Shown here in pieces: positions 49,601 to 63,550 of a stretch of 64,000 nucleotides of DNA; within the stretch, counting starts at the first letter, position 1; each line of letters starts with the position of its first letter. This stretch comes from Perna viridis. Lineage: Eukaryota. The stretch is from the NCBI GenBank assembly GCA_037379345.1, contig CM074521.1, positions 10,838,247 to 10,902,246 of the forward strand, given 5' to 3'. Position numbers and translations under genes: made by a program. Below the pieces are notes generated by a model that had not been told where the DNA came from, searched no databases, and worked only from the letters and a program-made list of their open reading frames with translations.

Positions 49601-52515
49601 AACCTTCATATCATTTAAATTGAAAAAAAATCTTTTCACGTTTAGTTAAAAATTTCTAACTTATGTTGACATCCGTATTGTAAAAGTGTAGCCAAAGGAT
49701 ATGGAAATAAATGGAATGGAAATAAACACAGAAATGGTACATGCTAAGATGTCCTTTAACAGCGTAAAAAGACCACAGGAACATTATCTTTGTTTTTGTT
49801 TAAATTCTTCAAAAGACATTTTAATTGACCTTTTTGCACTAAGGAATGAAAAAAAAAAAAACAATGTATTTTCACAATGATTTTTTTTTTGGAGGGGGGG
49901 GGGTAAATTGTTTCTTCTGTTGCTGATGTGAAAAAAAAAAAAACTTTATTAGCCAAAACGGTTTTAATTTGTAACAAAAATAAATATACGAGAATGTGTT
50001 TTCATTATACTGTAAATACACTAAGAAACCCTGAGTGCAGAATTCAAGAGAGGTAGCTTATACTTACCGGTTGAATACTATAAATCAACTAGTTTTCGCG
50101 ATCAATTTATTTCCGCGTATTTCGCGATCAATTTATTTCCGCGTATTTCGCGAGCACAAAGTTTTCGCAAAATTTCGCAAAAATGCTGTCACCACTGATT
50201 TTCATTGTAGAAATATTTAATTTCATTTATAATCGGGGAAATATGTTGTCACGAAATTACGCTTCATTTTGAATTAGCGAAATAAAGTAGTCGCAAAATA
50301 ATTTGAAGTGATTATGTATGCTAGTGTTGTACAATGCTACAAAGTGGTCTTTGATTGTTAAAAAACAGTTTGGGTTGTGAGGTATAACAAATCATTTCAA
50401 ATGTCTTAAAAGTATCTGGAACGTTTGGTATTTTCCATCATATTTTCTATGACATAAGAGTCTGCAAGCAAGGTAGTAAAAATGTATCAAGAAGTTGCTT
50501 TGACAATATCTCTTGCTGAGGAAATTTTAAGTCGCAATTCCAATGTAGACGTAGTTGATATAACATATGTACCAACTTAACCATATAAAATTATCAGACA
50601 TTTACCAATTAACCTAATTCCTTGCATTCTCAATGTGCTATACTAATAAACTGATTGCATAAAAGTTCAAAATAGTTCCATTTTAATATAAGAAATGTAG
50701 CATACCATCATAAGAAAACATGTTCATCATTTACGTATTTATATAATACCATAAGGTCAACAACTGGTCTTAATAACCCTTCCCATTTGCATTAGTAATT
50801 TAAATGATAGTACTTTTTGAATATTTAGACAAACCATGTGTTTCCTTCAAGAACCAGTAGCTGGTGTGAGGAAGAAAAAAAGAATAACACGATTAAAATG
50901 CTTGCTATCGGCCAAAAGTCTGTGCTCATGAGTTTCTATTCTAAAGAAATTGCTTTAAAAGTGCAATACCCTGCTCATCAAACTTATCAAAGGCTTCATT
51001 ATACTGTATATCTTTGATGAATGTCTAGCGATTGAAATGAATTAACATTAGCATCACATAGCAAAATGTGCCCCACATGACATACATATGGTTTGCAACA
51101 CATGGTAGTTACATGTTTCGTTTCAGTTTATTTATGATTATCTCATTTTCACAAACATATGAAAAGTAAATGTTTCCAAGCCAAAATTATCAAAGAAAAA
51201 TTGTATGATATTCACATGATACTACATGTTTTACTATCATTTAAATTTGGCTGTGTGAGTTGCTTTGTAAGGTGAGTATATTTCCTCCATTCATCGTCGA
51301 AAAATTGTGTATTTAAAACTGATAAATGAGTAAAAATTAATCTTGGACGAATGTTAGCAACAATTATATGTTCATAGAAAAATATCAATTATCATTGTTG
51401 ATCTTGTACAAAATGTAGACCTGGGACAGCTGGGGTTTTCCTACAATATTGTTGATGAACAAAAGGGCCGAGAAGTGAGCACAGCAGATCATTGCCTGTC
51501 AGAATGAAATCAGCCCCTCAGTGGTAATTGTAGATTTTGTTAAATTAGTGTAAGGTATAGTTATTAGGGTTTTTTCTTTCTTAATTGCATAAATACAAAA
51601 AAATAATAATACTGTTTCAGTACTATGTCATTTGTTAGCATATTGAAGGCATTTACATGACGTGTACAGTCTCTGGCAAAGATATTGATAGACTAGACGG
51701 AGGACGAAGAACTTCCCCCGCAAATCGTAGTAGGTCATAAATCAATTACTTTAATGTTTTACCAAAACATCATCTTGACAATGCCAACTAGTATAGGCAA
51801 TTATAGCACATATTAAAAAGTTGTTCAAAACAATACATATAAACAAAACTTAAACATTATTTGCGCTCACGACAATAATCTCCCCAAAAGTAATATTTAC
51901 AGTAAAACTTGTCAACCTACCATCAAATTCCGCAATCCTGTCTAAACCAAACACTTTTAGAGTTACTTTATATCAGTTTATATACATTTTCGCCTATGAA
52001 AAACCGGACCAATTCAAAAAAAGGACGTTAGTTTACACAGGCTGTGATACGTTTCATCAATAGTTAGTTACGTTAAGTAAAACGAAACACTTATATACTA
52101 TCGCGCATCGAAACATTATTTGAATATAACCATAAACAAGAAGTGAAATTTGTTTATACCTACCATCTTTTCGACAGATCAGTATACAGAGGAACCTGTC
52201 ATTTCGACTTTAAAATTGGATCGGTTCATGCAGATGATCAGTTGGCCAAGTTTAAAAATACAATTAAACTTACATAAAGTGCCTTCAAAAAGTGTACGAT
52301 TTCGAAGGTTTTCGGATTACTCGGGATTCGGTTGAGAATGGTTTCAATATATCCAGTATATTAATTACGAAGATTTTTTAGATATACAGGTGTGAATTGA
52401 ATTGATATTAAAACATAAGAACAAATTCTGGTTCGAACAGTTTCATGTTTATACCAGATTCAGTTTGTACAGGTTTTACTGTAAACAAATGCACCCTCCT
52501 CGCTCCATATGGTCA

Positions 52516-52805
52516 AAGAGTAATCAAGGGAACCAAGGCTATAGGGTAATCAAAAGAATGTAATCCAGGGACAAAGACCAGACATGGAAAACAGACATAC
52601 ACAACAAAGAACATAAAGTAACTAAAATCATACATACAAAGTAACAAAAGTAAATGAGCGACTCGGACTCCACTAAAAACTGGGAGCATGGACCAGGTGC
52701 ACCGGTAGGGTAAGCGTCCTCTGCTTTTCTAGAAACACCCGCCGAGTTGCTCATAAAAAGTCAAATTCGGGGTAAACAAGCAAGGGAAGGAAAACTATGA
52801 CCCGT
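52516..52805 (-). mobile_element. Penelope-like element 3' module copy
   Basis: Reverse-strand copy of the same module. Further partial or degenerate copies at about 32310-32520, 45580-45680, 55890-56075, 58000-58245 and 61390-61500. Confidence 0.85.
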
Positions 52806-53842
52806 TGAATATATCTTGAACTAACAACTCTAAGGTAATCAAATATCGACATAACGAAATACCGAAATACCGAAGCATCAACAATGGGCAAAATACAAGA
52901 ACGTGAAAAATGGAAACAATGACGATGTACATACATAATGACAAAAAAAACAAATCGAATTAAGGAGGTAGACCTAGGGTAAGGGACATAAATCTTGAAA
53001 GCAGTGATATGTTTGTATCATATTCAAAATCACCAAAGCCTATCAAGCTTTCATTTGAAACAAAATGAAATCAACCCAAGTTTCTTTGAAGCTTTCATGA
53101 GATTGATAAAAATGCTGAATACAAACGATCAAATTATTTTGAAAGAGTTGTGTCCCTTACCTTAGGTCTACATCCAATTACATATCAAACTAATTTTAAA
53201 AATTCCTAATATATGAAACAGAGTGACATCAGTTGATCCAGAAAGGTAAATATGTCATGTTCCGCCAGCGTCAATCGTAATAACACGTAATCCGTTGTAC
53301 AAATAATCAATTATTACCAGCAATAATACAATATTTACATTTTTTGTTTTTTTGATTGAATTGGTATGTTTTATCTTTTCAAGAAATTTGTTTCTCATTT
53401 TCCTTACTTTGTTTTGTTTTGTTTTGTTTTGTTTTAATTCAAAATAAAGATAAATGTTCTCCACTTCTTTCAAAGGAAAAAAGAACTTCTATATTATATC
53501 TTCGTGCATATTGGCACGAGTATTTTTTTTGTCGGCCTTAACAACGTGGGAGAGAAAGATAAGCATGAATCTTTTGTTGTCACATTAACGAATCCATCAA
53601 CCACTTTATTAATGAAGTTCGCGCCCAAACATCTGTCCTGACCTTTCACCCCACCAGACGCTTCAAATTTCACGTCATTCAAAGATAGTCTTTATGGTCT
53701 GGTCGGGTGAGACACCTCAGTTTGCCAAGAAATCTCAGACAGGATATTAGTAAAATAACCCAAACATATTTTTTTATAAAAATTGACCCAAAAAGTTTGC
53801 CTAAATATAAATAATTCACGATTCCGCCAGTTGGAACATTTC

Positions 53843-53880
53843 ATGCAAATATAAAGGAACTATTCTATATACCTCATTTA
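53843..53880 (+). promoter_or_regulatory. Possible core promoter of gene 2 (octamer ATGCAAAT overlapping TATAAAG, Inr-like TCATTT)
   Basis: Motifs lie about 70-105 bp upstream of the ATG. Short motifs in AT-rich DNA, so weak support. Confidence 0.25.
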
Positions 53881-53947
53881 AACCATACGACCACCTTGGA
53901 CTTAGAGTTTTGTTATTTCAATAACTGGACAAAATCAACATTCCAAT

Positions 53948-54093
53948 ATGCATCTGGTTACAACAGTTGAAATTTTATATTACATTCTGGTCGTGTTCTC
54001 AATACATTCAGCACGCTGTCAAAATGACACTGAACTGGACAGTGGTGTTTCTAGGACCCCAGAACAAAACAGACTTCAAACTATGCGACGAAG
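53948..54093 (+). CDS. Gene 2 exon 1: signal peptide and start of TGF-beta-family precursor (MHLVTTVEILYYILVVFSIHSARCQNDTELDSGVSRTPEQNRLQTMRRR)
   Basis: ATG at 53948 opens a hydrophobic signal-like segment; donor AG|gtaaga is phase 2 and matches the next acceptor. Different frame from the listed ORF 53967. Confidence 0.78.
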
Positions 54094-54666
54094 GTAAGAA
54101 ATTAATTGTTTTTATTCATTCTGTTTTTCTCTATATAAGTATATTGTGTTCGATGAAAATGTTGCTATATTTTTACTCATTTTGAAAAATACCATAGGCC
54201 ATTTAAATCATCACACTGCTGACGCTTTGGTATTTTTTGCCGATATCAAGGAGGTGTACCTCCTGATATGGATTAGATTTTTATATTGGAAATACTTAAT
54301 ATTATGCTCTCACAAAATTAAACGCACCCAAAAACCTGAGCAATATTTTCCAGTTGTACAGCAAAACATAATACCATTATTTTGTTTGTATCAATATCTT
54401 CCCTAATAACTGTAAATTTTGTATCCAAGCATAGCAATCCCTTCAATGGTAATAATGTAGTTATTTTGTTTATCTTGCCTTTGAAGTCGTGGTATTTAGT
54501 TTTCTATGCTACTTCTTTTAAAGTCTATTGAAAATTACGGTCATTTCATATTGATACTGATGACAAAGTTAAGCTTGCAAAGTAAATTATGTTAAAAACA
54601 AACCTTTCAAAAATCGTTTAGTTTTTGTTTTGTGAAGCAATGTTGTTGTAAAAACTGTTTATTTAA

Positions 54667-55063
54667 ATAGCACTCCAGCTAAGAATTATGCAAAATGTGA
54701 TTCATGGGTGAAAAGCCTACATATTTTTATTTTTGATATTTTGTTTGAAATGTGATAGTACACAGGAATAAACACGTGGTTTTTCATATAACATGTGCTC
54801 TTAGGAGATAAAAATTATATAGAATGCACTGTAGATTTCAAAATTAAGGGAGATTACTTTGTAAATGGTGCTCAAATACAATAGAAATCTGCTGTATTCT
54901 CAATGTTGATTATCTCCTAAGAGCAGGCAGATTTGAATGAATAATTACACATTTCATAGTATAGACCCATAAAACAACTTAATTACAAAAATAAAAATAT
55001 GTAGCCTTTTTTGGGGTGTATCACATTTGTCAGATTTTGCTCGATTCTTACAAAGACAGCTAC
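54667..55063 (+). mobile_element. MITE family A copy
   Basis: Near-identical to 42907-43301; TTAA on both sides. Confidence 0.85.
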
Positions 55064-58000
55064 TTAAAACTACTTATTTTTTTCTGCTTGCTTTGGGTGA
55101 TAAAAATTGTCCTGAGTTATAATATGGCATAATCAGCTTTTTGAAAAAAAATATCATAGCTTCTCATGTGTTTGTTATTGATTTTATTTATTTCCTTGTT
55201 TACTATTGATGCCGTTTCCCTGGTGTGCTGTATTTTTCCTGTTTCCTCATGCCTTTCTGTAAATGCATATTAGTGTTATAGAAATTCAGTATTTATAGCA
55301 AACAACAAAACGTGCATGTTTGTTTAGCTTCTGTTATAATTGTTAAAAAATAATTATAAAAGTTATTCATACATTTAATGAAACTTAAGGTTTGAAAACT
55401 TGTGGACTAAAATCTTTACTTTTAAATAGGACAAACGATTTTCAATAGTAACTTATTTTTCTATCAAATTAATACATTTCAAGATTTAAGCAATCTTGTC
55501 TTTTTTAAGTCGTAGTATATATCATAAAATTAGACATACGATACTGGATAATTGGAAAATAAATAAATAAAATATAATCATAATGATACTTAAAGGGTAA
55601 TTTAATGTAAGCATTTTTTTGGAATATTTTTTTTTAATTTTCCTCATAAGAGTACTGGTGTTTTAATTCACATACACATGTAAATATCTTAAACTGTCAC
55701 AAATTCTTACTATCTACATTCATCTGTTTTTTTAATAAACATTCTTAGGTCAAATATTTGCGATCTTAATGAAATGATAATTTAATTTGATTGTTTATAT
55801 CTCATCTGGGCAAGATCGTTTAATTTCCATAAACAAACTTGGTCCTATGACGTCGAGTCCGCAGTTTAAACATTTCTTCCACATTTCTTCACCTGGTCCA
55901 TGCTCCCAGTTTTTTAGTGGAGGCCGAGTTGCTCATTTACTTTTGTTACTTTGTATGTATGATTTTAGTTACTTAATGTTCTTTGTTGTGTATGTCTGTT
56001 TTCCATGTCTGGTCTTTGTTCCTGAATTACATTCTTTTGATTACCGCTATAACCTTGGTTCCCTTGATTACTCTTCCATACTAAAAATGCTTTGGTGAAG
56101 GGACCAGTCTTAATTTTGAATTTAATCGATTAAAAATTAAATTAAACTCATTGTTTTTGTTTTTTTTAATATTTGACCAAGTTAAGCTTGCATAACATTG
56201 TCAAAAATTAAAAACAATTTAAAACCCAAAATAGATCGATGAATTGCAAGGTTTTTGCACAATTTCATTTTCTCTTTTACTATTTGAAACAAAATTTGAC
56301 ATAAAATACAGATGCATCGGTATACAAAATCAAAAAAAGAAAAATTCAGGGACATCAACATACGTACAAGAAACGGAGACGTCCATTCACATACTTAATG
56401 TGATTAAATAGCGATCTTTCTAAAAATCAGACAGAAGGTAATTCATGCATGTCAAAAACTCACCAAATTCCGTTTTATTTCTTGTTCAGAAACAGTTACC
56501 GATCAAATAACCAGTCTTAGTTTTTTTATTTGGTTGTTGCACGTATGAGATAAAATTTATATAGATTGAACTTGGCGCTTTGCAAGAGTTATGTTTCTTG
56601 ATTTGGTTTGATTTTGTTTATTTTAGTGGGTGATGAATGTATAATTTTCTCAAAAGTGCAGATCTTAATGCAGAAATAATTGTCGTTATGTTAAAGTACA
56701 GCACATGTAGACTGAAAAAAAAGAATCGTTTGTTTGTTGGGTTTTTCTTCACTACGAATCACTATAACGTTGTCAGTGACTGAATGTGGACTGGTCCTAA
56801 CAATAATAACACAATAACATATAACAATTGATAAGAAGAAAGACAAGATACCTCACAAAAAACTTAAGTACTTGCAAAAAACTTGAAATGATACCAAATG
56901 CTTTGGAAGATGAGCATGCTTTGCTCCACCAGAGGCACTTGTCAAATTGGAAGTAAATAGTTTCCAGTGAGCGTCAGGTTTGGTGGATTGTCAATCAAGT
57001 AAGATATAAAATCTTACTAAAGATATTTTGTCTTATCTATTGCATCAGTCAGAGTATCCGTGATGAAGACAATTAAAATATGTGTGGTGTTACCACTGTC
57101 TTGAAGGTTTATTTGACATTTTCCTCGCTATTTTTTTTCAAAAATTGATTGGAACCTCGTCTTGTGACACCACGCAGTCACTTGACGAGACTTTTATACC
57201 CTAGATCCACACCAGTGAATTTATCTAAAACAGGTTAGAACAAAAAAAAACAAAAAGATACATTAACGAGCTGTCTGTCAACTATTGTAAGAATGAGCAA
57301 ATTGAAATGAAACACATTGTTCTTGTAGCCAACCAAAAAATCGCGAGTCCACTTTTAGGATCTCAATGGTACATCTAATGACCTTTTGGGCCGCAAATGA
57401 TTTGGATTTACAAAAATACCATGATACAACGCAGTACTGTTGAAACGATCAGGTGTTTTTTTAAGAAAGAAGTATTCGTGCAAATGGTTTGGATTTCAGT
57501 GATTGTTATTACTATACATTTGTTTAAATAAGTTAAATTTATTTTGAAGAAAATGTAAGAAATGCACATGTATTGGAGTCAGACTTCGATATCAACACAG
57601 TTACCAGTTCCAATTTGAAATGTTTTTTTTCTTTTGGTTTTCAGTACTTTTTCAGAGTTGAGTTTACACTGTTATATATGTAGACTGAGCTTCCTGTAAT
57701 TGACCTATTTGATTATTTTTACTCTGTACAAATTTAAATTTGTTTTGCAATTTTTAAAATGCGACTTTCCTAACTTTGGTATCGTTTTGCAAAAACAAAA
57801 AAAAAACGTTTTTTTTTTTACAATTTTATGCATTGCCCAATTATTTCAAGACTTTTTGAATTCCTGTCTTCATGTGTTCACGTGTCCTTATAAGTGGCAA
57901 AACACGTTGTTACACGCGTAAATTTGGTGGAGTTTATATAGCTCATATTTTAAACAAAATACGTGCTCAACCGATTAAAATATTCAAACCGAACGTGACA

Positions 58001-59794
58001 TTTTATGAGCAACTCTGCGGATTTTCTATAAAAGAAGAGGATGCTTACCATACCGATGTACCTGGTCTGTGCTTCAATATTTTAGTGGACGTCGGTTTCT
58101 CTTTTACTTTTGTTTCTTTGTATGTGTAAGTTTGGTTATTTTATGCTCTTTGTTGTCTGTGTCTCTTTCCAGAGTCCAATCTTAGTCTTGTAAATATTTT
58201 CCCTTGATTCTCTCTTAAATATTGGTTTCTTGTATTACTCTTTTATATAGAACAGTGAATTTTAATATCATATTTAAGAGTTACAATGATAAAGAATTGC
58301 ATCCTTTTTCGTTGATTTATTTTCTATAAATTTACAAAATAAATATAATGAGAAAGATATAATGCATTTTTACCGCTTCAGTAGTATGCTATTATAAAGT
58401 ACAAGAATATTTATAGAAGAGGCGGAAAATTACAACCGTCTGTATACCTTCCGATTGTAATTTCATTGATAAGTGTTATTTGGCAGTTATGACCTGAAAG
58501 TTAATCCCATCATGTTACTAACATCTGTCCAAGAATGCACTTCGGGAGACCTTCCACGGGGTCACTGATTTTATTTACAGTATTTAACACGTGGAGTCTC
58601 GGCATGGCATTTTGGAATGGATTTTTTCAATGGTTATGAATAGATATAAGAATATCCAAGTGAATTTTTGACTCATGTGGTAACAATGTACACAGTAATT
58701 TGCAACACTGAAATCGAATTAAAATTCTGAGTTTTTACTCAAATATACCACTCAAAAAAAAAAAAACTAACCCCACGCCACGACACCAATTCATCCAATG
58801 TAACAACTTTCATATATGCATATCATTCTAAAATGTTCTCAGACAACTTAATTGAATCATATTCATGAATGAAATTGCATTTGTGTACTGTGTTACATGA
58901 TGTAAGTCATTGAGATCAACAAGTAAAAAATCAGCAAATTACTTTATTCATATATTGAAGAAAATATTTTTTTAAGATTCCATATACACTTGAAAAAAAT
59001 TAAAACATGATATAAACATCCCCAGAATACATTTTCCTGTAATGTCTTTTTTTTTACATTATTTATTTGTGAAGGTAACATGGATTCATGTAATATTTTC
59101 CGCGAGTGAATTTGTTTGTTATAAATTTGTTGAACGTTGATTTAATGATTTGTATAGGATCATTTGTTTAATTAGAAAGTGTACAATTAACTGTTTGAAC
59201 TTTTAAATGAAAAACAAAGATTAGCTGTACAAATATTCTGAAATAGGATTTTACCCCTTAACAATAGGTTTTTCTATTATCTAATAATCTGTTTGAAAAG
59301 TATTCACAAACTGCATAAAGATTTGCACCTAAGAGCATTATGCATCGTGACTCATTGGTTTGAGGTTAAGTTCGAGGTTGGATTGCCATTAATTAGTAAC
59401 GCTGGACATTGCTCTTTGCACTTGGGAATATCTCGGGCTTTGACCGCTTATCCCAACCTTATCTTAAGGTCAGGTCATTTATCATTCTATTATAGAACAT
59501 CTTGTCAGCTTAAGACTCTTGATGTGATTCCCGCCGTTTTCTTCCATCAGGTGTAAATGATAAATGGTTTTCAATGCGTCCGGTTTTTATAAGAGAAACA
59601 TTTTTTGTTAATAAAGTGCATATGATAATTTCGTTAAATGGCAAAACAAATCAGAAAGTCGTAATAAATCTAACAATACTTTTTAATTTTTTTTTTTTGT
59701 TGTTTTTTTTTTTTTCAACTTCGGTCTTTCTAGGGTTTTTGGAATAAAGGTGTTTTAGGTTACTGACAGTACGTGTATATTCACTTTTTTTTAG

Positions 59795-59961
59795 ATCAAG
59801 AGAACAATGGATCAGCAACCTTAGGCAGCACGTTTTGAATACGCTTGGATTCTCATCACCACCTCAAATTGACGAAGAGATGAAAAATGCAATTTTGAAC
59901 AATTTAACTCTAACACAAATTCCATACAGAGCAGTTCTACAACAGTGCTATGCCGGATCAT
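59795..59961 (+). CDS. Gene 2 exon 2: TGF-beta prodomain alpha1 helix / latency lasso
   Basis: tttttttag| phase 2. SREQWISNLRQHVLNTLGFSSPPQ resembles the I..(I/L)(R/K)..IL..L.L..PP prodomain motif (TGF-beta1 RIEAIRGQILSKLRLASPP). Donor T|gtgagt phase 1. Confidence 0.82.
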
Positions 59962-60569
59962 GTGAGTTCTGTACTGTTTTGATGGATAGAGTTTACGTTA
60001 AATTTTCCGCGATTTTAAAGTTTCTACGTCAGGTTTTTTAACTTTACATCTTCCGTGTTCGTGAGAAAAGTTACTTACTGTTAGTCAAGTTTTTAATTTA
60101 ACATGCATTTTGATGGAAGAATTTATAATTAAACTACATATGCTAATTAAAGCTCGCATATTAAAGATCGTAACTTTACTACCACGATCTACTGTATGCA
60201 AACCTATCACTGTAGATTGATGAAGAACAACGATGTACGAAATCGAAAACCTATAGTAGTATATAAGTATATTCTATGTTTAATGTGATAAAATATGAGA
60301 ATCTGGAATTTATATGAAAAACTGCACATATATTTTTATAAAAATGTAGTTAATAACTTACGTGGTGAAAGAAAAAATCAACGACGATATTGTCATAATT
60401 CGATTTCGAAGCAATGATCGCTTTTAAGATAAAATATAAGTTAAGTTAATGTATTACCACTAAAGGCATATGTTAAAGAAAGATGCAATACAAATTATCT
60501 TCTCTGTATATAACAATTACAGTTGTATGGTCATGGACTAAAAAACAGTAAAAAAAATCCAATTTCTAG

Positions 60570-60716
60570 GTACGCTGCCAAGCTGGATTGATGACCAAAT
60601 GTGGAACGATGCAGACACCAAAACTTTGCGATTGTTCTTTGACATTCTGCCAGCTGAGGACACCAGTACTACCGTCATGAATGCTAGCTTACGTCTCCAT
60701 ATCAAAGAGCGGACTG
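60570..60716 (+). CDS. Gene 2 exon 3: TGF-beta prodomain arm (CTLPSWIDDQMWNDADTKTLRLFFDILPAEDTSTTVMNASLRLHIKERT)
   Basis: tttctag| and G|gtatgt, phase 1-1. L.F(D/N)+......V..A.LRL motif of the TGF-beta propeptide. Not in the ORF track. Confidence 0.82.
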
Positions 60717-61518
60717 GTATGTAACTGACGAGTTCACTTGTTAGCGAAATATTTTCTATAAAGTTGCCAGTTTTCAAGGACAAGAAATTTAAAAAAAAAA
60801 TGTTTATTCTTATATAATCAGAATCTACGATTCGTACGATTATTTCCTAATCAAAATAGTATGGAACTTGATTTTTTATCATTATGCTCATATTTTATTA
60901 CTTCAAATGCTTATTCTAAATCTACAGTCGTCTACTTCGTTCAGTTTTTCTACAAACAAAAGGTGTATGTTACTTGATTTTATATTATTCTGTTCAGTGT
61001 ATACGAGTTCAAAATGTTTATTCTTATACATTACACCGTAAACCTAACGGTTTGATACACTACAATTATAAATATACATGCCAAAAGCCGATCTTAAATA
61101 TTCTGTTAATATAAACAACGAAAAGTCTGTGAATAAAGTCAGTGAATTAGTCTGATGATATGATTATACAAATAGTGATTGCAATGCCAAGAATAGAAAA
61201 ATACGTAATTTCTGAGAGAAGAATGTAAACACTGATTTAATTTATTGTTTAAGTCACTTGTTACTACATAAACGTAGGATTTTAAGGTCAAGGAAACTAC
61301 CATTGCTAATAGCTTTGCGATTATAATAGAATTAGTGAAACTTCCTGCTAAGGCATTATGAAGCTTTGCCTTAAAGTGAACTTATTTTTGTTCCCAGGTT
61401 TTAGTGGAAATCTGGTTGACAATTTACTCTCTTTTTTGTGCTTGTTATTTTGGTTATTTCATGCTCTTTGTTGTGTATTTTCTTTATCCATCCATTACTG
61501 CTGAAATTTCACATTTAA

Positions 61519-61730
61519 GGAGGTAGACTTAGGGTAAGGAACATAACTCATGAAATCAGTGATATGTTTATATCATATTCAATTTCACCAAAGCCTATCA
61601 AGCTTTCATTTGACACAGAATGAAATCAATCCAAGTTTCTTTGGTGCTTACATAACATTGATGTAAAATGCTGAATACAAACGTTCCAGTAATTTTTAAG
61701 AGTTGTGTCCCTTACCATAGGTCTATCTCC
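61519..61730. mobile_element. MITE family B copy
   Basis: TTAA at 61515-61518 and 61731-61734; TIRs intact. Confidence 0.85.
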
Positions 61731-63445
61731 TTAAGGGAACTAAATTTTATTATCATTTCGATAAAAAGCAACAGGTTAATACAAATAAACAAAAAATACA
61801 TGGGCCAATACAAACAAATACAGAATTGTACAAAGTCCCGATCCATCTATGTTTATCTATAAGTTTTCGATGAAAAGTGTTTGGTTGTTATTTGTATTTC
61901 GGCTTGAAATTTGTAATAATTATTTTTTCTTCAAGTCGCCACTGCAATCAAATATATAAGATTTATAACCCTGATATGAATAGGGAAAGTTTACCAATGT
62001 AGATTTATGATTTTTTTTTTAAATAATCATATTGAGATGACCATTTTAGCAAGCTGGCAGTTTTGGTCGGGACAGAATATTTATTTTCAAACATTTACAT
62101 TTTTAATCAGCAAATGTATTTTTAACTGCATTTACAACATTATTATTTTATTCCTTTAGTCGTAAAGTAGAATCTGGTAGCCAGAAATTTTAGGGGGATT
62201 ATTTTTAGGTTGTGGAGACTAAAATATTTGTTTTAACATTTTTTCCAGGCTAGATATTTATTCACAAAATCTGCCGGCAAACACCCCCCTTTTAGAATCG
62301 AATGTTCGTCCTCTCTTAATAATACTGGAAGATTTATAGCCATTCCCTTATCTCTGGTATCAGAAAACAATTTCTTCCGGAAATGACCTTTGCGAGTTGT
62401 GACAACCTGTGTAAGACGAGGACACGCGTGTTCGTTCTAGCTCTTTCTCTTATCCAATGAAAATGTTATAAAACGGCAGCGTCATAGACATTCATAAAAC
62501 AAAGGCAAGAGAAAATATGACGTCACTGAGTGCTATGTTTCAAGAAAAGCGGAGCTCTGTAGTGGAAGCGAACAAAATATAAATGTGTTTCACGTTAAAA
62601 AAAAATAATACTTTTTATTGTTGAATTTCAAAGATCGGGTTATTTTTCACTCGTTAGAAAAATTCGTGGTCTACTCTCTACACGTTTCTTAAATTCGTGA
62701 AAGATAACCACATCTTGAATCTCCACTCAAGTAAGAACCTGTTAATCGCAATAAAATTAAAAAATGGTGAAACTTGAAATTTATGTTACGACGATTTTGT
62801 AGACGGCCTTGAATGTTTTGGCTTGTAAATTAATAACCGTAAATTAGATCTTACAATTATCTTCTTCAGACGAGAAAATTGATGGCAAATTTTAAATTCT
62901 TGTTTAATTCAAAAAATGAAAAGTTGTGACTAACCAATTAATAATGCTGATTTGATTAAGTTACATGGAGCGAAAAATGCAGAAAATTTATGGCCCGTTA
63001 TTCCGTCAAAACAGCTTAAGTTCGACTCAATTTTAGAACATGTCTCAAACTAATACGAGATTTGAGTAAAAAGAATATATAATTTTCGCCGTTTTGTTTT
63101 TAAACTGATTATGTAAATTATGATCATTTTGGTTCTTATGTGTTAGATATATGTACGCCAAGACATTAATTATATAGATAATTCAAATGTTCGATTGTGC
63201 GTAGTATTCATACATTCTCTTCTGTCCTATTTTATTCTCTCCGTTTATATCGTAAATATCCGTTTTTATAAAGCACGTATCCTAATATCCATGGATGTCC
63301 TCGGTCTTACATTTAGGCAATTTCTGTTGTGTTGTTCTTCAAAAATGGATCAGACAAAAATCCTCGTACTAATACTATGGTCGGGAGCTTACGATAACGT
63401 TGTCAGAACGCGAACATTATTTTCATCCTGTTACTCTGTATTCAG

Positions 63446-63550
63446 CTTGTCGGTGTTTTCAAGAAGACGAGGACAGTGAGGAGGAAGACTCTATCAGATT
63501 TACTGTATTTGTTAGTCAGTTTATAAAGCCGCTAAGGCGCAGAAATAGAG
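63446..63550 (+). CDS. Gene 2 exon 4: prodomain continued (ACRCFQEDEDSEEEDSIRFTVFVSQFIKPLRRRNR); gene continues beyond window
   Basis: tattcag| and G|gtatga, phase 1-1, open. V.V.Q strand is expected at this prodomain position. Confidence 0.72.

Noticed and set aside
51159-51271. Signal-peptide-like ORF with AG|gtgagt donor as first exon of gene 2
   Set aside because: Splicing to the AG at 54011 gives an immediate stop, and 53948 provides its own in-frame ATG and signal peptide. A non-coding upstream exon is not excluded.
23616-58129. Recurrent hydrophobic ORFs (23616, 28079, 30558, 52539, 55787, 57872) as a small membrane-protein family
   Set aside because: They are translations of the T-rich non-coding 3' module of the retroelement, in different frames.
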